DNA of 51,549 nt from positions 1 through 51,549 of IMG/VR virus record IMGVR_UViG_3300020045_006153; one strand, written 5' to 3'. The notes under the pieces were generated by a model. That model saw only the letters and a program-made list of their open reading frames with translations, searched no databases and had not been told where the DNA came from. Shown here one piece after another: positions 27,556 through 37,200 of this stretch. Position numbers and translations under genes: made by a program. Numbering within the stretch: the first letter of the stretch is position 1; each line of letters begins with the position of its first letter. Origin of the DNA: a virus (lineage: Duplodnaviria; Heunggongvirae; Uroviricota; Caudoviricetes).

Positions 27556-27902
27556 AACTTTACTAACTCTCCGACTTTTCGTTTACTGTTTAATTCAGTA
27601 AACTTGGCAGTATATGTGTTCAATGCAGAGAAATATGTATTTGTTAATTCAGTTAAGAACGATTGAACATTTTCAATTATAACAGGCAAGTTATTTGCAT
27701 CAAGGAATGGAACATCTTCGACTTGATCCATACTTACTAAGGTTGATGCAAAATTAATAAGTTCAGGAGTAACTTTAAAGGTTGCTCCGTTAATGTAGTA
27801 AACTGTTTTTTGATTAAATTCTTCTAGAATTAATCTATGTTGATTTGACAACGTTGCCATGTAATTGGCAATCTCAAATGCTTTTTCGACTCTTTCGTCC
27901 AT
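27552..27902 (-). CDS. Hypothetical protein, 116 aa
   Basis: First gene of the long minus-strand operon; has its own sigma70-like promoter. Confidence 0.65.
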   Translation of the reverse strand: MDERVEKAFEIANYMATLSNQHRLILEEFNQKTVYYINGATFKVTPELINFASTLVSMDQVEDVPFLDANNLPVIIENVQSFLTELTNTYFSALNTYTAKFTELNSKRKVGELVKL

Positions 27903-27926
27903 GATTGATCTTTCAAGTAATATACG

Positions 27927-27955
27927 ATAATATACTACTTTAATTATCTAAGCAA
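27927..27955 (-). promoter_or_regulatory. Sigma70-like promoter heading the 13-kb minus-strand operon
   Basis: TTGCTT-17 bp-TATTAT. Confidence 0.5.
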
Positions 27956-27970
27956 GCAGTAGTGGACGAT

Positions 27971-29074
27971 TTATGTCATTACATAATTATTAATAAGATT
28001 GCCAACTGCACCAGGCAACGTTGGAATCGGAGCAACTATATAATAAGACGAACGCCTGATTGTTACTTTACTGTACAATCCACCGATCAATGTTTCGTCA
28101 ATACTATGCGCAGGCGCTTGTGTGCTATCATTGAATGTAATAACAAATCTAAGAGACGACACAGACGGCGCAGAAGCAACAATACTATAGAAAGAACCTT
28201 TACCGTCGTATGTTATACCGAATTGGTATTGGTACCCTGCGTGATACATTCCGTACCCTAATGCAGTATCTAATGTACTAGATCCTAGGTCTGCTTTGGC
28301 AGCAGCAACGGCTTCGGCCATTCCGTGTTTATAAATTGGATTAGGCATTCCGAACTGGCCGCCAACTGCATATGAAATTCCATTATTACTAGGTAAACCA
28401 GTAATTGGATTAATTGAAGTGGTGTTATTTCTACTGAATACAATTCGACCTATTCCGTATTTTGTATCGTCTGTACTTGTTAGATTTTCTGATAATAATT
28501 TCGACCATGCATAACTTTTGTGCTCTAATGGAATGCCTGTTAACGCAGCAGTAAATTCAATAACACTACCTGAATTAAAAAACCAACGAAGATTTTCTGC
28601 TGACCCAAACTCTACATCTACGGTATGTGTTAACCTTTGTGATACAACTGATGCAGCAGCAGTATATATCGGCCATCCTTCGATTTTATTTGTGGTATAT
28701 TGATCAGCAGTTAACAAATCCGCATCCGACACTAATAATCTGTCAGCAACTGCATTATCAATAGTTGATTTGATTAGATTTAGCATTGCATTGCTAATTA
28801 CTAAATTAACTCCGGGTTCGGGTAAAATAGCAGGAACAACTTCACCTTTTTGGTGCATCCGAATATTGTGCAAATCATTAATTAGTCGAATCCAATGCTG
28901 CGCAGCGATAGTAGTTCCTGATACTACAGGCGAACTAGTAACTGTCTGTCCGTACCCGTAATCACCATCTCCGGTGCCGAGAATGCGGGCAATTTTTGCT
29001 TGCATTACATTAAAATCAGTAGCAGTCTGTGTACTGGTGTTTGTAGAGGTAATAATTGGATTAAGGGTTGCCAT
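27971..29074 (-). CDS. Putative virion structural protein (tail/baseplate-associated)
   Basis: TATDFNVMQAKIARILGTG.GDYGYGQ N-terminus, Ser/Thr/Gly-rich beta composition, and a TATAAATA late box at 29127-29134. Start is 29074 or 29092. Confidence 0.5.
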   Translation of the reverse strand: MATLNPIITSTNTSTQTATDFNVMQAKIARILGTGDGDYGYGQTVTSSPVVSGTTIAAQHWIRLINDLHNIRMHQKGEVVPAILPEPGVNLVISNAMLNLIKSTIDNAVADRLLVSDADLLTADQYTTNKIEGWPIYTAAASVVSQRLTHTVDVEFGSAENLRWFFNSGSVIEFTAALTGIPLEHKSYAWSKLLSENLTSTDDTKYGIGRIVFSRNNTTSINPITGLPSNNGISYAVGGQFGMPNPIYKHGMAEAVAAAKADLGSSTLDTALGYGMYHAGYQYQFGITYDGKGSFYSIVASAPSVSSLRFVITFNDSTQAPAHSIDETLIGGLYSKVTIRRSSYYIVAPIPTLPGAVGNLINNYVMT

Positions 29075-29126
29075 ATGTTCGTTGTCTTTCATTGAGGTTG
29101 CATTCCCTCAAGTATTAATAATATAC

Positions 29127-29181
29127 TATTTATACATAGGTTTTGCGCACCAGCAGAACTAAGTTTAGCACATTATAAATA
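29127..29181. promoter_or_regulatory. Divergent pair of TATAAATA late-type promoters
   Basis: TATAAATA on the minus strand (29127-29134) and on the plus strand (29174-29181), each facing a gene. Confidence 0.7.
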
Positions 29182-29210
29182 CTAAGCACAAATACATTGG
29201 ACACACATAT

Positions 29211-29792
29211 ATGGTAAAATTGGTATACATACACGGAGCAAACGCAACAAGTTCGAGTTTTAATTACATTCGTGAAAAATTAAAACATAAAAATGAATTA
29301 GTAATTGAATACAGCAGTAAAGAGAAGTTTGAACACAATTTGGCAAGAATGCAAAATCAATTATCTAATCATGAAAATATGTATTTTATTTGTCATAGTT
29401 TAGGTGGAGTATATGCGTTACATCTATCACATTTACTAGGTGATAAAGTAAAAGGCGCGTTTACTATTAGTACTCCATATGGCGGAGCAGAGATTGCAGA
29501 CTACGCCAAATACATTATGCCGTTTAACCAATTGTTAAAAGACATAGGCCCTAAAGCACATCCTATTAAATCATCTGAATCAATAGTTAACACTAAACCA
29601 TGGGTTAATCTAGTTACTACACACGGGTCTAGCGCATTAATGCTTAAACCAAACGACGGAGTTGTAACAATTGCAAGTATGAAGCATCGAACAGATATGC
29701 AATTTGAAGAAATACAATCAAACCATTTTGAAGTTGTACTAATGCCAGAGACTGTTACATTGTTAAAGAAGCAACTAGATAGCATCTGGTAA
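29211..29792 (+). CDS. Alpha/beta hydrolase (lipase/esterase-like)
   Basis: VYIHG oxyanion motif, CHSLGG nucleophile elbow, NDGVV and a C-terminal NHF His. Confidence 0.85.
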   Translation: MVKLVYIHGANATSSSFNYIREKLKHKNELVIEYSSKEKFEHNLARMQNQLSNHENMYFICHSLGGVYALHLSHLLGDKVKGAFTISTPYGGAEIADYAKYIMPFNQLLKDIGPKAHPIKSSESIVNTKPWVNLVTTHGSSALMLKPNDGVVTIASMKHRTDMQFEEIQSNHFEVVLMPETVTLLKKQLDSIW

Positions 29793-29800
29793 AATAGATA

Positions 29801-29829
29801 TTGACAGTAGTGGTAAAATGCTGTACAAT
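29801..29829 (+). promoter_or_regulatory. Sigma70-type early promoter of the ligase operon
   Basis: TTGACA-GTAGTGGTAAAATGCTG(17)-TACAAT. Confidence 0.85.
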
Positions 29830-29835
29830 AACAGC

Positions 29836-31158
29836 ATGACTAATACAACTTGTGACCGCATTATTCGCAGCCTAGAAGAACATTCTAGCCGCAATAACAA
29901 AGAAGAAATTATCGAAGCAGAGGCCAAAGCAGGCAATGAAGAATTGTTCAACGGCTTTAAACTTGCGTTTGATCAACTTAAAACTTTCGGTGTGAAGAAA
30001 GTTCCTTCCCATAGCGGTCCTGACGGCCAAGGGTTGCCGTGGGTTGCATTTATGCAACTTGCAACAGCACTATATAAGCGCGATCTTACAGGGCATGATG
30101 CACGTGATGCAATTGAACTCGCGCTCACGGTATCTACTCAATCGCAATGGAATGATTGGTACCGTCGCATTTTGCTTAAGGATATGAAAGCAGGCTTCTC
30201 TGAAAGCACTGTTAACAAAGTATGTGAAAAGAATTATCCACAATATGCAATTCCGTTGTTTGAATGCCAATTGGCACATGACGGTGCAAAGCACGAGAAG
30301 AAACTTAAGGGTAAGAAAATTCTAGACGGTAAACTCGACGGCGTGCGGTGCCTTACTGTTATCAATATGGAAAGCCGCACTGTTCAGCAATATACACGCA
30401 ATGGGCAATTGTTGGAAAATTTTGGGCATATTACCGCTGCACTTGAAAAGAATATCGACGATTTTGATCGTAGTTGGGTAATCGACGGAGAAATAACTAG
30501 TTCGTCGTTCCAAGTACTTATGACACAAGTTAAGCGCAAAAGTGATGTGCAGGCACAAGATGCAATTTTGAACGCATTTGATATTATTCCGTTGAGTGAA
30601 TTCCTAAAGGGTAAAAGCACAATGGGTCAAAAGCGCCGAAAGGTACTTTTGAAATCGATGGATCCGATGCTTAAGAAAGAAACTGATAAAATTACAGTAA
30701 TCGATTACGTTGAGGTCGATTTGGATACCGAAGAAGGCCAAGTAATATTCAAAGATTACAATAAGGTTGCACTTGCAATGAAACTCGAGGGTATCATGAT
30801 CAAGGATCCAGAAGCACCTTACGAATGTAAACGTAGTGTTGCATGGCTTAAGCAAAAGCCCTTCATCGAAGTATCTTTGAAAATTATCGGATACGAAGAA
30901 GGCACAGGCAAGAATGTTGGCAAGTTGGGAGCATGGATTGCATCCGGTATTGAAGATGGCGTTCTGATCACAAGTAACGTGGGTAGTGGATTTACAGACG
31001 ATCAACGTGCTGAATATTGGAAGTACCGCGATGAATGCATGGAGCAATTTATCGAAGTACGTGCAGATGCAATTACACAAAATCAGGACGGAACATACAG
31101 TTTGCGATTCCCTCGCTTCCTTCGTTTCCGTGGATTTAAACCCGGTGAGAAAATTTAA
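29836..31158 (+). CDS. ATP-dependent DNA ligase
   Basis: KLDGVR (adenylation Lys), IDGEI, EGIMIK, WLKQK and SLRFPRF motifs. Start moved to 29836 because the ORF-track start lies inside the promoter. Confidence 0.95.
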   Translation: MTNTTCDRIIRSLEEHSSRNNKEEIIEAEAKAGNEELFNGFKLAFDQLKTFGVKKVPSHSGPDGQGLPWVAFMQLATALYKRDLTGHDARDAIELALTVSTQSQWNDWYRRILLKDMKAGFSESTVNKVCEKNYPQYAIPLFECQLAHDGAKHEKKLKGKKILDGKLDGVRCLTVINMESRTVQQYTRNGQLLENFGHITAALEKNIDDFDRSWVIDGEITSSSFQVLMTQVKRKSDVQAQDAILNAFDIIPLSEFLKGKSTMGQKRRKVLLKSMDPMLKKETDKITVIDYVEVDLDTEEGQVIFKDYNKVALAMKLEGIMIKDPEAPYECKRSVAWLKQKPFIEVSLKIIGYEEGTGKNVGKLGAWIASGIEDGVLITSNVGSGFTDDQRAEYWKYRDECMEQFIEVRADAITQNQDGTYSLRFPRFLRFRGFKPGEKI

Positions 31159-31415
31159 TGGGGGCATTTGACGGATACTGGGGTGGATATGGCGGAGGCT
31201 CCTTCATTCCACAAGTACAGTATCGCTATTTTAGTAATCAATCATCTTTTGAATTCTTTGAAGGATTTGAAATGCCTGAATTAAAAGTGCTGCTAGCAGA
31301 AGCAGAATCTGCTAACGAAGATACAGTTTGGGTGCCGTCTAAATATAAGGGGCGAGGTCACACTGGACTTAGCGTCTGGTATGTTAGAGCATTAATTAAT
31401 GAATATGATGTATAA
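31158..31415 (+). CDS. Hypothetical protein, 85 aa
   Basis: TAATG coupling to the ligase gene. Confidence 0.6.
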   Translation: MGAFDGYWGGYGGGSFIPQVQYRYFSNQSSFEFFEGFEMPELKVLLAEAESANEDTVWVPSKYKGRGHTGLSVWYVRALINEYDV

Positions 31416-31506
31416 ATTATTTTGGATGTCTTGCTCGGAATGTGCAATGACAGAACTTATGCAACCGTGCGAGGCATGCCCTAATAGAAAGGCACAATTT
31501 AAATGA
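31405..31506 (+). CDS. Putative zinc-ribbon microprotein, 33 aa (not in ORF track)
   Basis: MMYKLFWMSCSECAMTELMQPCEACPNRKAQFK*: two CxxC pairs, overlapping both neighbours. Confidence 0.5.
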   Translation: MMYKLFWMSCSECAMTELMQPCEACPNRKAQFK

Positions 31507-31664
31507 CAATTAATCTAACCTATCCGTACAGTGAGGGATATCGGGCCTTTATGGAAAAGAAGATCATCACACAAAATCCGTACAAAAGTGCAGATGAGTA
31601 TAACGCAAGCGAATGGGATTCTGGATGGACCCGTGCTTATAATGAATATGTAAGAGGAATGTAA
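31503..31664 (+). CDS. Ribosome modulation factor (RMF)-like microprotein, 53 aa (not in ORF track)
   Basis: MTINLTYPYSEGYRAFMEKKIITQNPYKSADEYNASEWDSGWTRAYNEYVRGM*: GYxA...xPY...WxxGWxxA spacing as in RMF; coupled to both neighbours. Confidence 0.6.
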   Translation: MTINLTYPYSEGYRAFMEKKIITQNPYKSADEYNASEWDSGWTRAYNEYVRGM

Positions 31665-33028
31665 TGGCAGTAGCAACAATTCACCCACGACTATATGTAA
31701 CAATTCAGTATCGCAAAGATGCTGGAAACGATGACGGCCACCTTGGGTTCGCTAGTCCGTACACTAAGGATGCAGCGTTTGAAAAACGTAGGGCTACACA
31801 AGAATCGTGGGCCTATGGCGGTTACGGCACTTCTTTTGAAATCTCAGACGACGGAAGTATTCTGCCTACTGCAAATTGCAAGATCGACAAGTTTACTTTA
31901 TTTGCAACAAAGTGCTATCCTATCATTGTAGACAATATCCCACTTGAAGGATTTGAAATTGCTAAGTCTGTACGGCGGTACGGATGGAACGGTGCCGGCA
32001 ATGTAAAGTGGCGCATCACTGATCCGCGTGGATTCGATTTAGAAATCTCTTCTGAAAACTTTGCAAGCGTCCTTTCTTGCACTACAATGATTAATGGCGT
32101 TATTCAAGGTAAGTGTGCATGGGGTCGTGCAGGTAAAGACAATGTACTATTGCCTGAATCATCGGACCCTTTTAAAGAAGCATATGCATTTACTTCGTTG
32201 TCCAAGAATAAAATCTCTCTCAAGGACATTAAGCGTGGTGACTTTGTTAAGATTGTTTACAAGCAGAAAGATACAGGAGTACTAGATTGCACATACCTTG
32301 GGCGTTTGTACTTTGTTTCTCCAGTTGATGCAACAACTGAAACTACTCATACTACTGATCTAACGGGCAAAGTAACTGATAAGTATGTATTCAGCGCAAC
32401 AGTTGACAATACAGTAAAATATTACTGTATCGGTAAGCCTGTTATTGGAGAGTTGCTAACTAAAGCAGCAACTGAATTACCAATTAGTGACAGTGTATCG
32501 TTGATCAATGATGCAATTCGTGATAACGATTCAAGTAATATCGAAGGCATTCCGGATAGTGCAATTATGGCAGTAGGTAGTGCAGCCGATGTAAAAGCGT
32601 TAACTATAGAACTACGCGACGAACCTGCATTAACTTGTGCATTGCTTCCTGAAATAAACACAAAATACAATTGGCGTAATGCCAGTAAATTTTTGATCCT
32701 ATCAAAGGATGCAACTAACTGGTATGCAGGTAAAAATGTTGAAACGGGAGGATATAATTCAAAAATTAATTCACCTGTTATATTTCCAGCATTACTAGGA
32801 ACGACATCAGTTGAAATACCTCTTAAGAGAACCAGACTAGATCGTAGTAGGTATCATTATTCGTCAAATTACAATGGATATAATATAGATCCTGCAAACT
32901 ACACAGTTAACTTTGATTACAAAGAGTTTACACATGTAAAGAGCATATGGTTAGTTTGTGCTAATACTGAAATGAATGTTAATCGTATTCCTGATACGTT
33001 AGGATACTTTATGGATAGGGCACATTAA
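31664..33028 (+). CDS. Hypothetical phage protein, 454 aa
   Basis: Long coupled ORF with WRITDPRGFDLEISSENF and GKCAWGR motifs; no function recognised. Confidence 0.7.
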   Translation: MAVATIHPRLYVTIQYRKDAGNDDGHLGFASPYTKDAAFEKRRATQESWAYGGYGTSFEISDDGSILPTANCKIDKFTLFATKCYPIIVDNIPLEGFEIAKSVRRYGWNGAGNVKWRITDPRGFDLEISSENFASVLSCTTMINGVIQGKCAWGRAGKDNVLLPESSDPFKEAYAFTSLSKNKISLKDIKRGDFVKIVYKQKDTGVLDCTYLGRLYFVSPVDATTETTHTTDLTGKVTDKYVFSATVDNTVKYYCIGKPVIGELLTKAATELPISDSVSLINDAIRDNDSSNIEGIPDSAIMAVGSAADVKALTIELRDEPALTCALLPEINTKYNWRNASKFLILSKDATNWYAGKNVETGGYNSKINSPVIFPALLGTTSVEIPLKRTRLDRSRYHYSSNYNGYNIDPANYTVNFDYKEFTHVKSIWLVCANTEMNVNRIPDTLGYFMDRAH

Positions 33029-33030
33029 AC

Positions 33031-33054
33031 GAAAAAGGCCGCAGTGCCTTTTTC
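33031..33054 (+). terminator. Intrinsic terminator
   Basis: GAAAAAGGC-CGCAGT-GCCTTTTTC directly after the stop codon. Confidence 0.85.
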
Positions 33055-33097
33055 AGATGATAACTATAAGTTAATAAGGAGATAACACAGTCATAAT

Positions 33098-33316
33098 ATG
33101 GCAAAAGAAGAATTGGTAACAGTAGAAGGGTTCGTAGAGGAAGTACTTCCAAATGCGATGTTTAGAGTAAAAATTAATGAGCAACATAAAATCGTTGCAA
33201 TTATTTCAGGCCGTATGCGCCAAAATCGTATTCAGATACTAGCAGGTGATCGAGTACGTATTGAAATGTCCCCATATGATTTAACTAAGGGTAGGGTAGT
33301 TTATCGTGAACGATAA
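33098..33316 (+). CDS. infA: Translation initiation factor IF-1
   Basis: MAKEE...[13 protein letters not shown]...[33 protein letters not shown]; 72 aa. Confidence 0.97.
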   Translation: MAKEELVTVEGFVEEVLPNAMFRVKINEQHKIVAIISGRMRQNRIQILAGDRVRIEMSPYDLTKGRVVYRER

Positions 33317-33569
33317 TATTCCAATTCGGTTGTCTGAAGAAGCATCAAGGCAGTTTAGAAAAGATGCAATAGATGCATTGCCTTGGCATATGACACAAGA
33401 GATACGCGATCACGCACACTTAGTTAGAAAGATCGAAGATGTTGCTCTCGAGTTAGGCGACAACGTAGATGATGCACAGCAAGCAGATAATCCGCACTGG
33501 TGGCGGATTCAAGACATGCTAGATGATGTGTTAGACATATTAGAGTATGTCACAAAAAAAGGCCCCTGA
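33306..33569 (+). CDS. Hypothetical protein, 87 aa
   Basis: GTG start overlapping the infA end; ends at the terminator. Confidence 0.55.
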   Translation: MNDNIPIRLSEEASRQFRKDAIDALPWHMTQEIRDHAHLVRKIEDVALELGDNVDDAQQADNPHWWRIQDMLDDVLDILEYVTKKGP

Positions 33570-33579
33570 GGGCCTTTTT
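33556..33579. terminator. Bidirectional intrinsic terminator
   Basis: AAAAAGGCCC-CTGA-GGGCCTTTTT between convergent genes. Confidence 0.9.
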
Positions 33580-34108
33580 ATTTGTCTTCAATTCCTAAAT
33601 ATACTGCCCAACTTGGGTGATGTAGATCAAACGGTAATTTCTTACGTTGTGCAACTAGTTGGTAATATGTCGGCTTAGTTGGCTTATGCTTAGGTACAAT
33701 TTTGTGATTGTTTCCTTTGTTTGCATTGCACGTACCGCAAGCACATACAGAATTTTCAAATGTGCTCTTTCCACCGAGTGATGTAGGTAGTACATGATCA
33801 AGGGTTGCATTGCTGCGTGACACTGAGATGTTACAGTATTGACATACATAGCCGTCACGTAGGAATACATTTTGTTTACTGTAACGAACTCCTATTTTCT
33901 TTTTAGAAAATTTATTCAAGATCATAACTGCAGGAACTTTGGTTTCCCAGTTAGCAGAATGCACTACCCAATTATCATGCCATTCTAACACTGTTGCATC
34001 ACCTGAGACAAGATAACTAATGGCTTTTTGCCATGGAATTGCACTAAGTGGGATTACTGATTCAGGAGAACCGTCTGCGTTTAGTAGTAAGGTTGCTTTA
34101 TTAGACAT
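33578..34108 (-). CDS. HNH endonuclease (McrA-like, Zn-binding)
   Basis: FLRDGYVCQYC, TLDHVLP.S.GG...EN.VCAC..CN..KG. Start moved to MSNKATLL (34108) because the promoters lie inside the ORF-track 5' extension. Confidence 0.9.
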   Translation of the reverse strand: MSNKATLLLNADGSPESVIPLSAIPWQKAISYLVSGDATVLEWHDNWVVHSANWETKVPAVMILNKFSKKKIGVRYSKQNVFLRDGYVCQYCNISVSRSNATLDHVLPTSLGGKSTFENSVCACGTCNANKGNNHKIVPKHKPTKPTYYQLVAQRKKLPFDLHHPSWAVYLGIEDK

Positions 34109-34115
34109 AGTTACA

Positions 34116-34170
34116 TATTTATAAGGGGTGTAATAGTAATTATTATAACATGATTTTACCATGAGAGCAA
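34116..34170 (-). promoter_or_regulatory. Tandem sigma70 and late-type promoters for the HNH gene
   Basis: TTGCTC-TCATGGTAAAATCATGT(17)-TATAAT at 34142-34170 and TATAAATA at 34116-34123. Confidence 0.7.
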
Positions 34171-34221
34171 TCAAAACTTTACCGAATATTCTAATAAATA
34201 CCGTATCAGTAGGGATACACT

Positions 34222-37200
34222 ATGGCAATACAGTACATTAATACCGGAACAGCACCAAATCAAGGTAACGGTGACACATTAAGAACAGCATTTACTAAAA
34301 TTAATACAAATTTTAAATTAATTGAGAATCTAGAAGGGTTTGCACCGGCAACTACCTCAACAATAGGTGCAGTAATGATCGGCGCCGGCATAACAGTGAA
34401 CACGCTGACCGGGTTGATTAGTGCATTTACTGGTGATTACACTAATTTACAAAATATACCACAAGCCTTAGGAATAACTGATAGTCCTACATTTAATAAC
34501 TTATTAGTAATTAACGAATTGTCAGTCGGAGTTCCCATTGGAACTCCTCCTATTAATACAAAAATTAATGTAACATACGATACTGATGCATATACTCAAA
34601 CATTGTTTCAGAATTTTAATAGTGGTGCTGGAGCAACAACTGATTTAATTATACCCAATGATGCAGGAACATGGGATAGTAACATGTTAGATATAGGCAT
34701 CAACAGTTCGAATTATGTAGAATCTGAATTTTCATTGCAAACTCCAGGGTCTGCATATATGTTTACAAACGGAGTTGATTTGTTCGTAGGAACACAATCA
34801 CCTGGAACAAAATTATATTTTCATGCAGGCGGCACCACTACTAGTGACAGTGGCGGATTTTTAGATGCTTACGCATGGAATTTTAATAGAAGCGTAAACA
34901 CTATTGTTGCTACTCCAGGTGCATTAAATTTTACTGTACAAAACACAAGTGCTGATGCAGCAGCAACTGCTATATATCAAGCAAAGAACGAAGTTGGTGC
35001 AACTTTAATCATGGGTGTTACTTCTAGTTATTACAACGGAATTCCAGCGGATCCGTTGGGCCCAAATGAAGCATTTATACGAACTAATAACACCGGTGAA
35101 ACAATGCACATCGGCGGCACTTCAAATTTACAGTTTTATGCAGCATCAGAAGGAACTCCTCATTATGGCCTTCCTGCACTAACGTTAAGCCATCACGGAG
35201 TGGATGCAATTTTAGATAGAAACTGGATTCCATTTGATTCTGAAGAATATGATCTTGGTAGTTTAAACGCAACATGGCGTTCATTGTATCTAAGTACTGG
35301 TACAATATACATGGGCGGGATTGCAATTCAAATGAATACGTCAACTCGTCAATTAACAGTTGATGGTATTGTAATAGGTGAATCAACTCCGCCTAATATA
35401 TTAACGAGCGGCACTTATACTGTATCGTTATCGTCGATTGGCGAATTATCGATGTTAAATGGAACAACATTTAGCAATTCAACTGCAAGTGTTGTTTTTA
35501 ATATGACTGATGCAATTGTTAGTGAAATTTTAACATATAGCACAACGTCCACTGACCAATTGGTTGTTGGCCAGTACGGAATAACAACTACAATTAACGC
35601 TCCTTTTACTGTTACTGAATTTGTAACATCTCCGGTTGCTACTTTATTAATCGGAGACATTTTGTCTGGCCCAGGCTATTCGATTCCATCAAATATTGTA
35701 TATGTTGGTACAGGTACATGGACTTCTGTTGTTATAACAAATACTGATTTAAGTACAGCGCCCCCTATTACCCATCCATTGCCTGCTACTGAGGTTACAA
35801 TTGCTAGACCAACAACTACGTTAGCATTTGATATTCAATCTCCGAACAATACTAGCATATTAGTAAATCCAGGAACTAGTGGAAATGTTATAATTAATCA
35901 AGATGTTATTCCTTTTGAAAACAACGTGCAAAGTTTAGGATCAACTTTAAATCGATGGAAACATATTTGGCTAGGTGGTGGTTCTATTTTTATGAAAGAT
36001 GAAATAGCAAATATAGATGTCGGAATCACTGCAAAGAATAATCTTTTAACAATTTTAGGATCGACTGGTTTGTCAATTGGCGAATTTGTCCTGCAAGATA
36101 ATACAATTAAAATAGCAAATAAATCAAGAGATATTATAATAGGCGAATCTACCGCTACTGGTTATGTTCAGTTTAATAGACCAGTTAGGATGAAAAATAA
36201 TGTTAATGACACTTCTTTTGAAGTTAATCGAAATGGTTATACTTCAATACATGCAACTCCTTCTTTATTATCAAGTGTATTAACTATTGTAGGAAGTGAT
36301 AATCGCGATGTGCAACCTATTTCAAATACTGGAAGCATGTTACATATAACAGGCAAAGAAGGAATTTCTGCCAACGTTACTGTAGATGCATATAATAGTT
36401 TTGCTAATTGGAGTACTCGTCGTGCAAATGGCACTCCTACTACTTCTACACAAGTAACTAATAATCAATTATTGAGTAGAATTATTGCAACAGCATACGG
36501 AAGTAATGGATATGTCACAGATGGTGCGCATATTGATTGGGTAGCAAGCGAAACTACTACTGCTGGTGCGTCTGGAAATAAAATAGAAATTTGGACAACA
36601 CCTAAAGGCACTGCATCTGCAATTCGTGTTGTTACTATTGATTCTACTGGTACTAGCATTAATACTTCAACCGGTGGAATCAACTTTTTTGACGGATCTA
36701 GACAAACAACAGCATTCACTGGAACAGTAAGTGCATCTAACATCACAGGGCTAAATGCAGCAGCAGTAACTAGTATATCAATTGGTACAGGATTATCAGG
36801 CAACACAGGGCCAGGCGTTGCAAGTATTAACAATACGGGTGTATTAGATGTACAAGGTGCAGTTAATCAAATATATGTAAATGGAGTTACTTCATCAACT
36901 AACGGTCATATTATTTTGTCATTACCACAAAACATTGCTACTACTAGTAATGTAACTTTTAACGACATTAATATAACCGGAACATTGAACTTTTTATCAA
37001 CCGGAACGGTATTAATTCCTAATACAGTAGAAGGAGCAACATTGTATCTAGGGTTCACTTCTACTAATGCATCACAAATAGACGGTGGCGGAATTCTATT
37101 AGGCAATACATCAACTGGAATTCAATCGATATTATGGAACCGTACCAATAACTATTGGGATTTTAACGGAAGTGGAATTAATACACAGGAATTAATTGCA

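Noticed and set aside
29818-29835. ORF-track 5' extensions (ligase 29818, HNH 34174, nuclease 44821, peptidase 50318, GT9 2129)
   Set aside because: The extensions overlap promoters or upstream genes; downstream ATGs have better promoter, RBS or coupling support.
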